A stretch of 64,000 nt of DNA. Source: an uncultured virus (IMG/VR IMGVR_UViG_3300013383_000003) (lineage: Duplodnaviria; Heunggongvirae; Uroviricota; Caudoviricetes; Crassvirales). Location of the stretch: the IMG/VR virus record IMGVR_UViG_3300013383_000003, one strand, 5' to 3'. This document shows positions 17,032 to 27,303 of this stretch, in pieces (the first letter of the stretch is position 1; every line of letters starts with the position of its first letter). The notes under the pieces were generated by a model. The model was not told where the DNA came from. It ran no database searches and saw only the letters and a list, made by a program, of their open reading frames with translations. Position numbers and translations under genes: made by a program.

Positions 17032-17619
17032 ATGATACAATTTAGTACTTTAAAGATTACCTCTGATGGTCAGGAATTGCTCATTAGTGCTTATGTTCCA
17101 CTAGAGGAATATTATGATGATGTTCTTATAGAATCTATAGCCATAGATACTCAAGATACTTTTAATGCCAATGGTGTAAGCAGTAATCCTATCTATAGAG
17201 AATCTTTTGTATACACAGACCCTAAGACACTTAAAGAAGTTAAAGGTAGAAAAGAGATTAACTTAGTGCTTAATAATAAGGCACTTAAAAATATCTCTCT
17301 GCAAGATAATATTTTATACATATATCTTATTGCTTCAGGAACTCCAGCTCCTAATACCCCTTGTGGCATGGATAATGCTACTTCCTTAGGAGTAGTTTGC
17401 AGCCTTAATAAAATCTATTCTACAGGTCTTAAATACTTAAAAGAAGTATCTAATAACTGTAGTATTCCTCAATCTTTTATAGATTTTATATGCCAATACA
17501 AAGCTTTGGATTTGGCTATAAGAACAAAGAATTATATCCAAGCTAATAAATATTGGAATAAATTCTTTAAGGGAACTATTGCTAACACTAAAACATCGGG
17601 ATGTGGCTGTACTGGATGA
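17032..17619 (+). CDS. tail hub-like structural protein
   Basis: 195 aa ending GCGCTG; synteny. Confidence 0.55.
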   Translation: MIQFSTLKITSDGQELLISAYVPLEEYYDDVLIESIAIDTQDTFNANGVSSNPIYRESFVYTDPKTLKEVKGRKEINLVLNNKALKNISLQDNILYIYLIASGTPAPNTPCGMDNATSLGVVCSLNKIYSTGLKYLKEVSNNCSIPQSFIDFICQYKALDLAIRTKNYIQANKYWNKFFKGTIANTKTSGCGCTG

Positions 17620-17953
17620 TTTAACAAAGGGAGTAGCACAGTCCTTTGACAACTATCTGAGTTTATTAGGAAGTATAGGATATACCTCTCAATGTGCTGT
17701 AAATAAATTATTGGTATATTCCTTTATAGAAGAGATGTTTGAAAAATTCAGTACATATATTACTGAGGAAGATTATAATATACTTGCAGAAGCTTTAAAC
17801 TGTTTATATGGTACTTGCATGATTCCATACCCCTACTTTATTAATGATGATGCTACTTCAGATTCTACAGACTTTATTCCTGTAGAATATAGAATTACAG
17901 AAGATAAAGTGATGAGAATAACAGAGGATAATTTATTCAGAGTTAAAGCCTAA
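17603..17953 (+). CDS. tail hub-like structural protein (non-ATG start)
   Basis: LNCLYGTCMIPYP motif; no ATG near the 5' end, candidate starts GTG 17603 or CTG 17612. Confidence 0.55.
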   Translation: MAVLDDLTKGVAQSFDNYLSLLGSIGYTSQCAVNKLLVYSFIEEMFEKFSTYITEEDYNILAEALNCLYGTCMIPYPYFINDDATSDSTDFIPVEYRITEDKVMRITEDNLFRVKA

Positions 17954-17993
17954 GTAACTTATTTAAACTGTTGTGAATATAACTGTAAAATGC

Positions 17994-18003
17994 TATATTT
18001 GCA
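17994..18003 (+). promoter_or_regulatory. Bacteroidota-type -7 promoter element
   Basis: TATATTTGCA upstream of ATG 18026. Confidence 0.65.
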
Positions 18004-18025
18004 ACAGTTTTTTATTTATACAACT

Positions 18026-18754
18026 ATGAGTACATACAGAGAAATAGTATATATGTGTTCTGACCAATTAAAAATAGCATCTGATGATAGCTATTTTACT
18101 GAAGACCATATATTATATTTAGTAAAAAAATACAGAGCTTTATTATTAACACAAAGATATAAAGATGTTAGAAAAGAAATTCCTGAATCTAACTATCAAA
18201 CTATATGTGTAGATTTAACTAAATCTCCTGCTATTGAAGGAGAAACTTGTGAAGGAGGGACTTTACTTAAGAGTACTTCAAAGATACCATCATTACTTAC
18301 TGTAGGAACTAATAAAGTGTTTCCTATGAGTTATTTCTATGGAGAAGTTTCTTTAGTTTCTAGAGAAAGAATGAAATATGTAGGATATAATAGATGGCTG
18401 AAGAATGTTATTTATTGCTCTATAGCTCCTGATGGTTATTTATATCTTAAATCCTCAAATCCTCAATTCTTACATCTTGAGAAAGTAAAAGTCTCTGGTA
18501 TATTTGAAGATGTTGATGAAGTAGAGAAATTATCCTGTGATAAGAGTACTGATACTACTTGTGATATTATGGATAGAAAATTCCCATTAGAAGAATCATT
18601 AATACCACAAGTAGTAGAAACTGTTGTAAGATTAATGACAGGAGCTCTCTATAAGCCTGAAGATGATGATAATAATGCTAAAGATGATTTGTCTGACATA
18701 ATGGCTTTTATAAGAAGAAATATGAAATCTAATCTACAAAAACAAATAGAGTAA
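18026..18754 (+). CDS. tail ring protein
   Basis: Likely start MSTYREIV; synteny in the tail module. Confidence 0.6.
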   Translation: MSTYREIVYMCSDQLKIASDDSYFTEDHILYLVKKYRALLLTQRYKDVRKEIPESNYQTICVDLTKSPAIEGETCEGGTLLKSTSKIPSLLTVGTNKVFPMSYFYGEVSLVSRERMKYVGYNRWLKNVIYCSIAPDGYLYLKSSNPQFLHLEKVKVSGIFEDVDEVEKLSCDKSTDTTCDIMDRKFPLEESLIPQVVETVVRLMTGALYKPEDDDNNAKDDLSDIMAFIRRNMKSNLQKQIE

Positions 18755-19254
18755 TGCTTGAAACAATTCCTAAAAAACATATTCATAGAATAACTAATTC
18801 TTGGACTATTAAAGATGCCCGTAATTGGATGAGAAAGAATAAATGGTTTGGTGCTCAACCTCTTACAGAACATATGTTTTATCTTATTGTTAGAGAAGTA
18901 GGAAAAGCAGTTGCTGAGAAATATATTACTACAGGATATATGAAATTTCCTAGAGGTATGGGAGAATTAGTATTAGCCAAAAGAAAGATTATGGCAAGAG
19001 TAGTAGATGGTAAACTTGTAGGAGGTATAGTAGATTGGGCTGAAACTTATAAGTTGTGGAATAGTGACCCAGAAGCTAAGAAAGATAAAATCTTTGTAAG
19101 GTATGAGAGTGACTTCTATAGGACTTATTATAAGAAAAATAAAGCTAGGTATAAAAATAGAATCTATTATTTATTCCACTTACATAAAGCATTACGCAAA
19201 AGACTTAGTAAGAATATCTCTGATGGGATTGTAGATACTTGTATAATTAGATGA
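18754..19254 (+). CDS. basic IHF/HU-like DNA-binding protein
   Basis: Basic 166 aa with a G.MKFPRGMGEL...RK IHF-like segment and VDWAET; usual crAss position. Confidence 0.55.
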   Translation: MLETIPKKHIHRITNSWTIKDARNWMRKNKWFGAQPLTEHMFYLIVREVGKAVAEKYITTGYMKFPRGMGELVLAKRKIMARVVDGKLVGGIVDWAETYKLWNSDPEAKKDKIFVRYESDFYRTYYKKNKARYKNRIYYLFHLHKALRKRLSKNISDGIVDTCIIR

Positions 19255-20132
19255 TTATGTGGAAAGATTTAAATATAACTGATAAAGCTGCTCTTATAAA
19301 AATAGGAGTAGATAATGGGATATATGATTTAAATACTATAAGGAACAGCTATAACCAATTAAGCAATGACACTGGTATATTATATAAAGATGGTGGTTTA
19401 CTTGATAAAATCACTTCAAAAATAAAGTCTTGGTTTACTACAGAAGAAGAAACTCCTAAACCAAGAGATTTTAGGACTGATAGAATAAGACATAATACCA
19501 GTCCTACAGCAAGAGTTTCTGAAGCACTTGAAAATACTATGTATAAGTATTATCCTAAGACAAGAAGTACTACTGATATTCCTTTTATACCTGAGAAAGC
19601 TATTATGGTTAATGGTTATCTTACTAGTACTAATGCTTTAGATTCCTTAGCTAAATATGCAGGTATTCATAATAGGACTTTACAGGTTTCTGAAAAACCT
19701 ATAAAAAGAAATTCTACTACTAGAAAGTTAACTAAAGAAGAATCTATAGGACTTAGTACTCATGAAACTCGTAATGGTGCTATGGGTTATATGTCTGAAA
19801 AAAATATATTAGATGCTGCTAAAAAGAGAAATCTTAATAAGGAACAAACTAAAGAGTATCTTAGAGCTTTTGCTAATGCTAATGTTTTTACAGCTTTTGG
19901 TGGTGCTCCAGCAGTAGCTATGGTAAACAATTATCACTACAATACTACTTCAAGAACTGTACATCCTTTATTAGATGCCTTTAGATATTATGCTCAAGGA
20001 GATTATAATAGAGGAGATAAAACACATACTAAAAAAGTACAAAAAGCAGGTAAAGATGCTTTTATATCTCCTGAAGTAATGAAATGGTGGAATGAGACAG
20101 GAAGAGATTATTTTACAGGAAAAAGAAAATAA
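19251..20132 (+). CDS. putative virion cargo protein, possible lysozyme-like domain
   Basis: Leader MWKDL...YKDGG, then GLSTHETRNG and YNRGD...KV motifs. Confidence 0.5.
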   Translation: MIMWKDLNITDKAALIKIGVDNGIYDLNTIRNSYNQLSNDTGILYKDGGLLDKITSKIKSWFTTEEETPKPRDFRTDRIRHNTSPTARVSEALENTMYKYYPKTRSTTDIPFIPEKAIMVNGYLTSTNALDSLAKYAGIHNRTLQVSEKPIKRNSTTRKLTKEESIGLSTHETRNGAMGYMSEKNILDAAKKRNLNKEQTKEYLRAFANANVFTAFGGAPAVAMVNNYHYNTTSRTVHPLLDAFRYYAQGDYNRGDKTHTKKVQKAGKDAFISPEVMKWWNETGRDYFTGKRK

Positions 20133-20819
20133 ATGGAAAGATATATATCAATAAGAGAAGTAATGGATAATCTTCTTGATAATCCATTATTACAGGACCT
20201 TACACTTGAAAGGACTGTACACTATACTGTAGATTTTATAAGAAAGGTAGGAATGCCTAAACTCTATACAGAAAAAACAGCAAAGCTTGATATAGAAGAG
20301 TATAGAGCAGCATTACCCTGTGACTTTCATAAAGTTATACAAATTAAAAAGATAGATGGAAATACTAGTCAGATGTTAAGAAGCAGTACTGCTACTTTTC
20401 ATATGTCTGAGAATAAACAATACTCTATAGATGCTACCTATAAAATACAAGGATTAATTATATATACTTCTTTTAAAGAGGGTTGTATAGAGCTATCTTA
20501 TGAAGCTATACCAGTAGATTGCGATGGTTATCCTTTAATACCTGATAATAGCTCTTTTAGAGAAGCCTTAGAGCTATATATTACTAAAAGAAAATATAGG
20601 GTATTATTTGACACAGGAAAACTTAGAGGTGATGTATATAATAATATATGTCAAGATTATGCTTTTGCTGTAGGGCAAGCACAAACTAGTCTTACTATGC
20701 CTACTATAGATGAACTTACATCTATTACTAATATGTGGAATACTCTATTACCTAGAACTATGGAAGCAGAAACAGGGTTTATTAATATGGGTACTAGAGA
20801 AAACTTTAAAGTACAATGA
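20133..20819 (+). CDS. tail ring / tail tubular protein
   Basis: LPCDF and DGYPLIPDN motifs; directly before the muzzle gene. Confidence 0.65.
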   Translation: MERYISIREVMDNLLDNPLLQDLTLERTVHYTVDFIRKVGMPKLYTEKTAKLDIEEYRAALPCDFHKVIQIKKIDGNTSQMLRSSTATFHMSENKQYSIDATYKIQGLIIYTSFKEGCIELSYEAIPVDCDGYPLIPDNSSFREALELYITKRKYRVLFDTGKLRGDVYNNICQDYAFAVGQAQTSLTMPTIDELTSITNMWNTLLPRTMEAETGFINMGTRENFKVQ

Positions 20820-23800
20820 TAAAACAAGATATACATTCCTTTAGAGGAATGAGGCAAGATACTCATCCTATAAAACAACCTGCTGATTTTTTATGGGAAG
20901 CACATAATATAGATTTTACTACTAAAGATGATAATACCTTACTTACACTAACTAATGAAAGGGGTACTAAAGATTTACAGTTAACATTAAATTCTATTTA
21001 TATAGGACATTGCATTGTAGGAAAGTACCTTATAGTATTTGCTGGGGATGGCAATGGCAATCAGATATACAGACTTACTAATTCTAATGGTGAATGGCTA
21101 TGGAATATATTATACTCAGGAGATTTAGGAATGCTTCCTGAATATCCATTACAAACATTAGGTATTTATGAAGGACCTTTAGTACAGAAAGTATATTGGG
21201 TAGATGGTAAAAACCCACCAAGATGTATTAATATAACTGCTGATAAACTTTTTCCTAATAAAACTACTCTGAATGAATTATATCCTGAAGGTTGTTTTGA
21301 TTTTACCCCAGAGTTAGCACTTAATGAAGAAGTAACAATAACAAGAGAAGAAGGTGGAGAATTTCCTGCAGGAGTAGTACAATATGCTTTCTCTTATTAT
21401 AATAAGTATGGTCAAGAGACTAATTTATTCTATACTACAGAATTACTTTATACTTCTTTTACAGAAAGGGGGGGAAGTCCTGAAGAGAAGGTTTCTAATA
21501 GTTTTCATATTAACATTAATAATTTAGAATTTGAGAGATTTGATTATATTAGAATATACTCTATATTTAGAACCTCTCTTAATGCCACACCAATGGTAAA
21601 GATAGTAGGAGAAATTCCTATAGAACATAATAGCTATATAACCTTTGTAGATACTGGTAATATAGGAGATAATATAGACCCTACTAAGATGCTTTATATA
21701 GGAGGAGAGTACCTTATAGCTTCTACTATAGCAGAGAAAGACAATACTCTATTTCTAGGTAACATAAGTAAAGTACAAAAAGACAGTAGTACTTATAAAG
21801 ATTTTACTACTGCAGCAGCAGCTATTAGTATATATAATACGGTAAATTCCTCTACTAGGGAAGTAGGAATAGATTTAAATGTTGGAAATAACACTTTCTA
21901 TAACTATGTAAATACATTATCTTCTGGTAATATTACTACCTTTAAAGTAGGAGATTATTATAGACTTGGAGTGCAATTTCAATATAAAACTGGAGAATGG
22001 TCAGAGCCTGTATTTATAAAGGATTATCAAATCCCTACTACTAGTAGGCCTAGTATTAAGACTACAGGGAATCCTTCTTTGATTTTACCTAAGATAGAGA
22101 TGACTTTTAAAGAGAGTCCTTCTGAAAGTAGTCTTAAAGCTGGAAATAGCCTTAAAGATTTTAAGGATTTAGGTTATAAGAAAATAAGACCTGTAGTAGT
22201 ATTACCATCTGTTTATGATAGGCAAGTAGTAGCACAAGGAGTATTATGTCCTACAGTATTTAGTATTGGGCAAAGAAAAACTAATACCCCTTTCTCTCAA
22301 TCTTCTTGGTTCTTTAGACCTATGAGCCTTGAAGACCCTAAGATAACTAATACAACAAACTTAGATAAAGGTTCTGTAGTATCATTTAAGCATCTTGATT
22401 GCCTTTTAGCTAATGATGATAGAGGAGCAGAAATCCAAAATATGTTTTATGATACATTTGAAAATGCTAATACTGCTGCTAGATATAACTATACTTCTAG
22501 AGATAACCTTTTCTTTGTAGACCAATCTATACTTACTTTTCATTCTCCAGATATAGAGTTTGATGATAGTACAAGACAGGCTATTGAGGGCAGTCAGTTT
22601 GACTTAAAAATAGTAGGATTAATACCAATTAAATGTAATGCTGGAGATATTTCTATACAAACTTCTTCTACAGTACCTGCCCCTGATGATGATGGTTTCT
22701 ATCACAGAACATTCTTGTCTACAGATTATTCTAATAGAATACTAGCAGCAGGAATGTTTTATAAGAGTCATATTATAGATGATGCTCAGGAAAATTCTTC
22801 TGATATATATGTATATAAGCCTAAAGAAACTAAATGGGAACTAAACTGGCTAATATATCCTTGGCATAGAAATGGCTCATTAAATAATGATTTTACTAGA
22901 CCTACAGGTAGTGGTACTAGAACTGCTATGCTAAAAAGAAAGGTAATCTCTAATATAAGAATAGCAGAAGATAATATATGGCTAGATACAATATGGGCCC
23001 CAGCAATGGGTATTACTCCTACTTCAATATTTAATAGTAATGAAGTATCTCTTGTAAAAATACCTTCTCCTTTAAATTCTGGAATCACTACACTTAATTA
23101 TTATGGTAATGTTGATACCTTACTTACTTCAGACCAAAAATATTCTTTTTATTTAATTCCTAATACAGGAGAAAATATAAACCTTAAAGATGGAGGTGGT
23201 GGAATAGTAGAAGATGCTTTTACCCACTGCCCATTACAACAAATTAGTGGAAATTTAAATTACTCAGAGATAGGAGACTCTGCAGAATATTTAAAGGTAA
23301 GTACAGAACCTGTAAGAATGAAATATAAATCTTCTCCTCATGCAGTATTTGCTTTAAATTACAGAGATAATAAAGCTAATGAATTTCTTCCTTACATAAC
23401 AACTTCTGCTAATAATGAATTGAAGATTAATAATTATACTGGGAAAAACATTGAACCCTTTTGGTTAGGAGTTAATATCCCACAGAAAACAGCTATAAAT
23501 GCTATAGCATCAGGAGTTTATACTAGAGAAGGCACAGATGCAGTAATACAAGAAGAAGTAACTAAATGGTTAAACTATAATTATAGTGTTGTAAAAGCAG
23601 GGGATTTTGCAATCTGCACATGTGGCATTGCAGGAGATTCTTTAAATTATGCTGACCTTTATATAACTACAGCAGAAAAAACATGGAAATATGTAGCCAT
23701 TACTGAGGATATGGCAGATACCTATTATAGATATGGCAATGAGTTTTGGAAAGTAGTTATTACTAAGGATGGTGTAAGAGGACATCTTGAAAGATTTACT

Positions 23801-25360
23801 GAGGCAATATATCAGTTTGAACAAAATGCCATAGTACAGTCTGATATAGACCTTAATAAACCTTACCTCTTTTTAGCAGAATTAGTTAAACCTAATACAC
23901 CACCAAATCAATTTGGAGGTAGTGATTATACAAGTAACTTATGGATTCCTGCAGGTAAAGCTGTTAATCTTCCTAGTACTGCAGATGCTACCACAACAAT
24001 AGAATATATTTATGGAGATACTTTCTATCAAAGATATGACTGTCTTAAAACTATGTCATTTACTAATGAAGATGAAAATAGTGTTATAGATATACTCTCC
24101 TTTATGTGTGAAAGTAGAGTAAATATAGATGGTAGGTATGATAAAAATAGAGGGCAACTAAGCAATCTCAACATGTCTTCTACTAATTTTAATCTCATTA
24201 ATCCTGTATATTCTCAAAGAAATAATTTCTACAATTATAGAATACTTGATGAGAAGTATCATAAGTCAAAAGAATATCCATCACAAATAGCTTGGTCTCT
24301 TGAAAAGAAGTACCTTGAAGATATAGATACTTGGACTAATATAAATCTTGCTAACTCTATAGACCTTGATGGTTCTGCTGGTCCTATAACTTCATTAGAA
24401 ACATTCAATGATTTACTTATAGCTTTTCAAGAGAAATCTCTAAGTCAAATACTATTTAATAGTAGAGTACAAATACCTACTTCAGAAGGTGTTCCTATAG
24501 AGATAAGTAATAACTATAAAGTAGAAGGAGTAAGAACTATTAGTGATACTGTAGGATGTCAAGATAAAGCTACTATAGCAAAGTCTTTATATGGATTGTA
24601 TTTCATAGATAGTACTACTGATACTTTATATCTTTACAATGGGCAATTACAAGATATTAGTACTAAAGCAGGATTTAACTTCTGGATGAAAAAATACCAT
24701 ACAGATGATTTATGGAATATGGAAAGTGATTCTACAGGTATTAGAGCTAGTTATGACCCTAATAGAAGGAGATTATATTTAAGCTCTTTAAAAGACACTA
24801 GTAATGAAAATACTTTATGTTACTCAGAACAACTTGAAGCAGTAGAATCATTGATGAGCTACAGTAATGTGGTAATGTTCCCTATGGATAATAACTTCTT
24901 TTCTCTTACAAAAATTTGTCAATTATGGCAGAATTATGAAGGAGAATATAATAAATTCTATGGTGAATATAAGATGCCTTGGTTTACTTATATATGTAAT
25001 GATAATCCCTTTGTTACTAAAGTATTTGATACTATAGAGTATCAAGCTGATGTTGATATAATAGATACAAAAAAGTCTGCTTATGTATGGCAATATAATA
25101 AATCTTTTGATTGGATAAGAGCTTATAATGAATATCAAGACAGTGATAAAAAAATACTCACCCAACTGAGAAAAATATCTGGTAATATCTCATTAAGAAA
25201 TAAATTTAGAATGTGGAGAGGACAGATACCAAGACAAGGAAGAGAGAGAATAAGAAACCCTTGGGCTGCTATTACACTAGGATTTAATGACCCTGATGAT
25301 AAAAACCCAAGTGATTTTAAGTTGAGATTACATAATATATCAACAAAATACACTATCTAA
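20816..25360 (+). CDS. muzzle / tail stabilisation protein (P22 gp10-like)
   Basis: 1514-aa beta-rich protein with VYWVDGKNPPR, GDTFYQRYDCLKT and KFRMWR...RIRNPW; synteny. Confidence 0.8.
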   Translation: MIKQDIHSFRGMRQDTHPIKQPADFLWEAHNIDFTTKDDNTLLTLTNERGTKDLQLTLNSIYIGHCIVGKYLIVFAGDGNGNQIYRLTNSNGEWLWNILYSGDLGMLPEYPLQTLGIYEGPLVQKVYWVDGKNPPRCINITADKLFPNKTTLNELYPEGCFDFTPELALNEEVTITREEGGEFPAGVVQYAFSYYNKYGQETNLFYTTELLYTSFTERGGSPEEKVSNSFHININNLEFERFDYIRIYSIFRTSLNATPMVKIVGEIPIEHNSYITFVDTGNIGDNIDPTKMLYIGGEYLIASTIAEKDNTLFLGNISKVQKDSSTYKDFTTAAAAISIYNTVNSSTREVGIDLNVGNNTFYNYVNTLSSGNITTFKVGDYYRLGVQFQYKTGEWSEPVFIKDYQIPTTSRPSIKTTGNPSLILPKIEMTFKESPSESSLKAGNSLKDFKDLGYKKIRPVVVLPSVYDRQVVAQGVLCPTVFSIGQRKTNTPFSQSSWFFRPMSLEDPKITNTTNLDKGSVVSFKHLDCLLANDDRGAEIQNMFYDTFENANTAARYNYTSRDNLFFVDQSILTFHSPDIEFDDSTRQAIEGSQFDLKIVGLIPIKCNAGDISIQTSSTVPAPDDDGFYHRTFLSTDYSNRILAAGMFYKSHIIDDAQENSSDIYVYKPKETKWELNWLIYPWHRNGSLNNDFTRPTGSGTRTAMLKRKVISNIRIAEDNIWLDTIWAPAMGITPTSIFNSNEVSLVKIPSPLNSGITTLNYYGNVDTLLTSDQKYSFYLIPNTGENINLKDGGGGIVEDAFTHCPLQQISGNLNYSEIGDSAEYLKVSTEPVRMKYKSSPHAVFALNYRDNKANEFLPYITTSANNELKINNYTGKNIEPFWLGVNIPQKTAINAIASGVYTREGTDAVIQEEVTKWLNYNYSVVKAGDFAICTCGIAGDSLNYADLYITTAEKTWKYVAITEDMADTYYRYGNEFWKVVITKDGVRGHLERFTEAIYQFEQNAIVQSDIDLNKPYLFLAELVKPNTPPNQFGGSDYTSNLWIPAGKAVNLPSTADATTTIEYIYGDTFYQRYDCLKTMSFTNEDENSVIDILSFMCESRVNIDGRYDKNRGQLSNLNMSSTNFNLINPVYSQRNNFYNYRILDEKYHKSKEYPSQIAWSLEKKYLEDIDTWTNINLANSIDLDGSAGPITSLETFNDLLIAFQEKSLSQILFNSRVQIPTSEGVPIEISNNYKVEGVRTISDTVGCQDKATIAKSLYGLYFIDSTTDTLYLYNGQLQDISTKAGFNFWMKKYHTDDLWNMESDSTGIRASYDPNRRRLYLSSLKDTSNENTLCYSEQLEAVESLMSYSNVVMFPMDNNFFSLTKICQLWQNYEGEYNKFYGEYKMPWFTYICNDNPFVTKVFDTIEYQADVDIIDTKKSAYVWQYNKSFDWIRAYNEYQDSDKKILTQLRKISGNISLRNKFRMWRGQIPRQGRERIRNPWAAITLGFNDPDDKNPSDFKLRLHNISTKYTI

Positions 25361-25365
25361 GTAAT

Positions 25366-25402
25366 GGGGATATAAGAGAAATCTTATGTCCCTATTATTT
25401 TT
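25366..25402 (+). terminator. rho-independent terminator
   Basis: GGGATATAAGA-GAAA-TCTTATGTCCC plus T-rich tail. Confidence 0.8.
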
Positions 25403-25437
25403 ATATTTATCTTATTGTTTATAATATAAACTTTCTA

Positions 25438-25447
25438 TATTTTTGCA
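25438..25447 (+). promoter_or_regulatory. Bacteroidota-type -7 promoter element for cargo genes
   Basis: TATTTTTGCA upstream of ATG 25465. Confidence 0.65.
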
Positions 25448-25464
25448 TGATAAATTATTAAACT

Positions 25465-27285
25465 ATGAACAAAACAATACAAGATATTATAGACTTTCTT
25501 AATAAGTCTGATAAAAATCAAGCTATTACTACTACTGCTGGTGGTGTTCTTGGTAATATGATAGGAGGGAACTATGATAGTGGAGTAGGAAATGCCTTAT
25601 CAGGATTATCTACAGTGGCACAAGCTATTCCAGGTCCTTGGGGAGCTATAGCAAGTACAGGACTTAATGTATTAGGTGGTGTAACTAACAGGTTATTTGG
25701 TTCTAGTATGAATGAGCAGAATATTGCTAAAGTAGAGAATACTATTAATAATCTTAATAGTATGCAATCTGATACAAATAGCTATGATACCCTTGCTGAT
25801 ACTTGGAGTAATACTGCTTTTGGTGGTAATTTCTCTAATAAATATATTGGTAAAGATGGTTTATTCTCTAATAAAGCAAAAAATAAAGCAAGAGCCTTAA
25901 GAGACCAAATGAACCTTGCTAATAGTTTTGCTTTAAATACTTTAGAAAATAATGCTGATAATATTGCAGAAACTACTAAGAACAACTTAGAGGCTACTTA
26001 TGCTGCTTTAGGAGGATTATTGCATCAATATGGAAATGGTGGCTCTATTCACATCAACCCTGCTAATAAAGGCAAGTTTAATGCTACTAAGAAAAGAACT
26101 GGTAAAACTACAGAAGAACTAACACATAGTAAAAATCCTTTGACTAGAAAAAGAGCTATCTTTGCTCAAAATGCTGCTAAATGGAATCATGCTTTTGGTG
26201 GAGAATTAAATACTCAAGGTGGAGACTTTAGTACAGGACTTACTTTTGTAAATGCTGGCAGTAGTCATGAAGAAAATCCTTATGGAGGTATAATGATGGG
26301 TATAGCACCCGATGGTAATCCTAATTTAGTAGAAGAAGGAGAAGCTATATATAATAATTATGTATTTAGCAATAGATTGAAGTTACCTAAAGAAGTACTA
26401 GATAAATACAAACTTAAGGGTGAAGATATAACATTTGCTGATGCTGTAAAACAAATATCAAAAGACTCTGAAGAAAGACCTAATGACCCTGTAAGTAAAG
26501 CTACATTAGATGATATAATGTCAGAGTTAGCAGCTGTACAGGAAGGGTTAAAAGAGGAGACACAAGGACATACCTATGCTCCAGGAGGATATTTAAGATA
26601 TGCTCCTGCTATAGGTCTTGGTATAATGAGTGCTACTGATGCTTTAGGTATTACCAATAAACCTGACTATACAGAAGCTGATGCACTAGAAGATGCTGCA
26701 AAGAAGTTATCTTATAATCCTGTAAATTGGACTCCTATAAGTAATAAACTTACATATAGACCTTTAGATAGAGATTATTATAGTAATAAACTTAGTGCTG
26801 AAGCAGGAGCTACAAGAAGAGCTATAGCTAATCAAAGTGGTGGAAATACTAGTAGGACTATAGCAGGATTATTAGCTGCTGATTATAATGCTCAAAATCA
26901 ATTAGGAGAATTGTTTAGAAAATCTGAAGAATATAATAGAGAACAACAGCAGAGAGTTGAAGACTTTAATAGAAGTACTAACTTATCTAATGCTCAAGGT
27001 ATATTACAAGCAGATTCTGCAAATCAACAAGCTGCTATGAATATACAAAATACCTATCTTAATGCATTAAGTAATGTTGGTAATATAAGGAGACAAGAAA
27101 GACAAATAATTGATGCAGCAAAAGCTAATAACTTGTCAGGGCTTCTTGATACTCTTGGTGATATAGGTAGAGAAGAAACTGATATAGAAGTTGTAAAAGC
27201 TCTTAATGATGCAGGGGTATTTAGAGCACATCCTGAATTACTTGCTAAATTCCCCCACATTGGAAAGCTAAAGTTAAATATATAA
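25465..27285 (+). CDS. virion cargo/ejection protein 1
   Basis: Gly/Ala-rich hydrophobic segments, GSSHEENPYGG..VEEGE motif, no Cys; follows the muzzle. Confidence 0.7.
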   Translation: MNKTIQDIIDFLNKSDKNQAITTTAGGVLGNMIGGNYDSGVGNALSGLSTVAQAIPGPWGAIASTGLNVLGGVTNRLFGSSMNEQNIAKVENTINNLNSMQSDTNSYDTLADTWSNTAFGGNFSNKYIGKDGLFSNKAKNKARALRDQMNLANSFALNTLENNADNIAETTKNNLEATYAALGGLLHQYGNGGSIHINPANKGKFNATKKRTGKTTEELTHSKNPLTRKRAIFAQNAAKWNHAFGGELNTQGGDFSTGLTFVNAGSSHEENPYGGIMMGIAPDGNPNLVEEGEAIYNNYVFSNRLKLPKEVLDKYKLKGEDITFADAVKQISKDSEERPNDPVSKATLDDIMSELAAVQEGLKEETQGHTYAPGGYLRYAPAIGLGIMSATDALGITNKPDYTEADALEDAAKKLSYNPVNWTPISNKLTYRPLDRDYYSNKLSAEAGATRRAIANQSGGNTSRTIAGLLAADYNAQNQLGELFRKSEEYNREQQQRVEDFNRSTNLSNAQGILQADSANQQAAMNIQNTYLNALSNVGNIRRQERQIIDAAKANNLSGLLDTLGDIGREETDIEVVKALNDAGVFRAHPELLAKFPHIGKLKLNI

Positions 27286-27303
27286 TTAAAAGGAGAAATA
27301 ATT

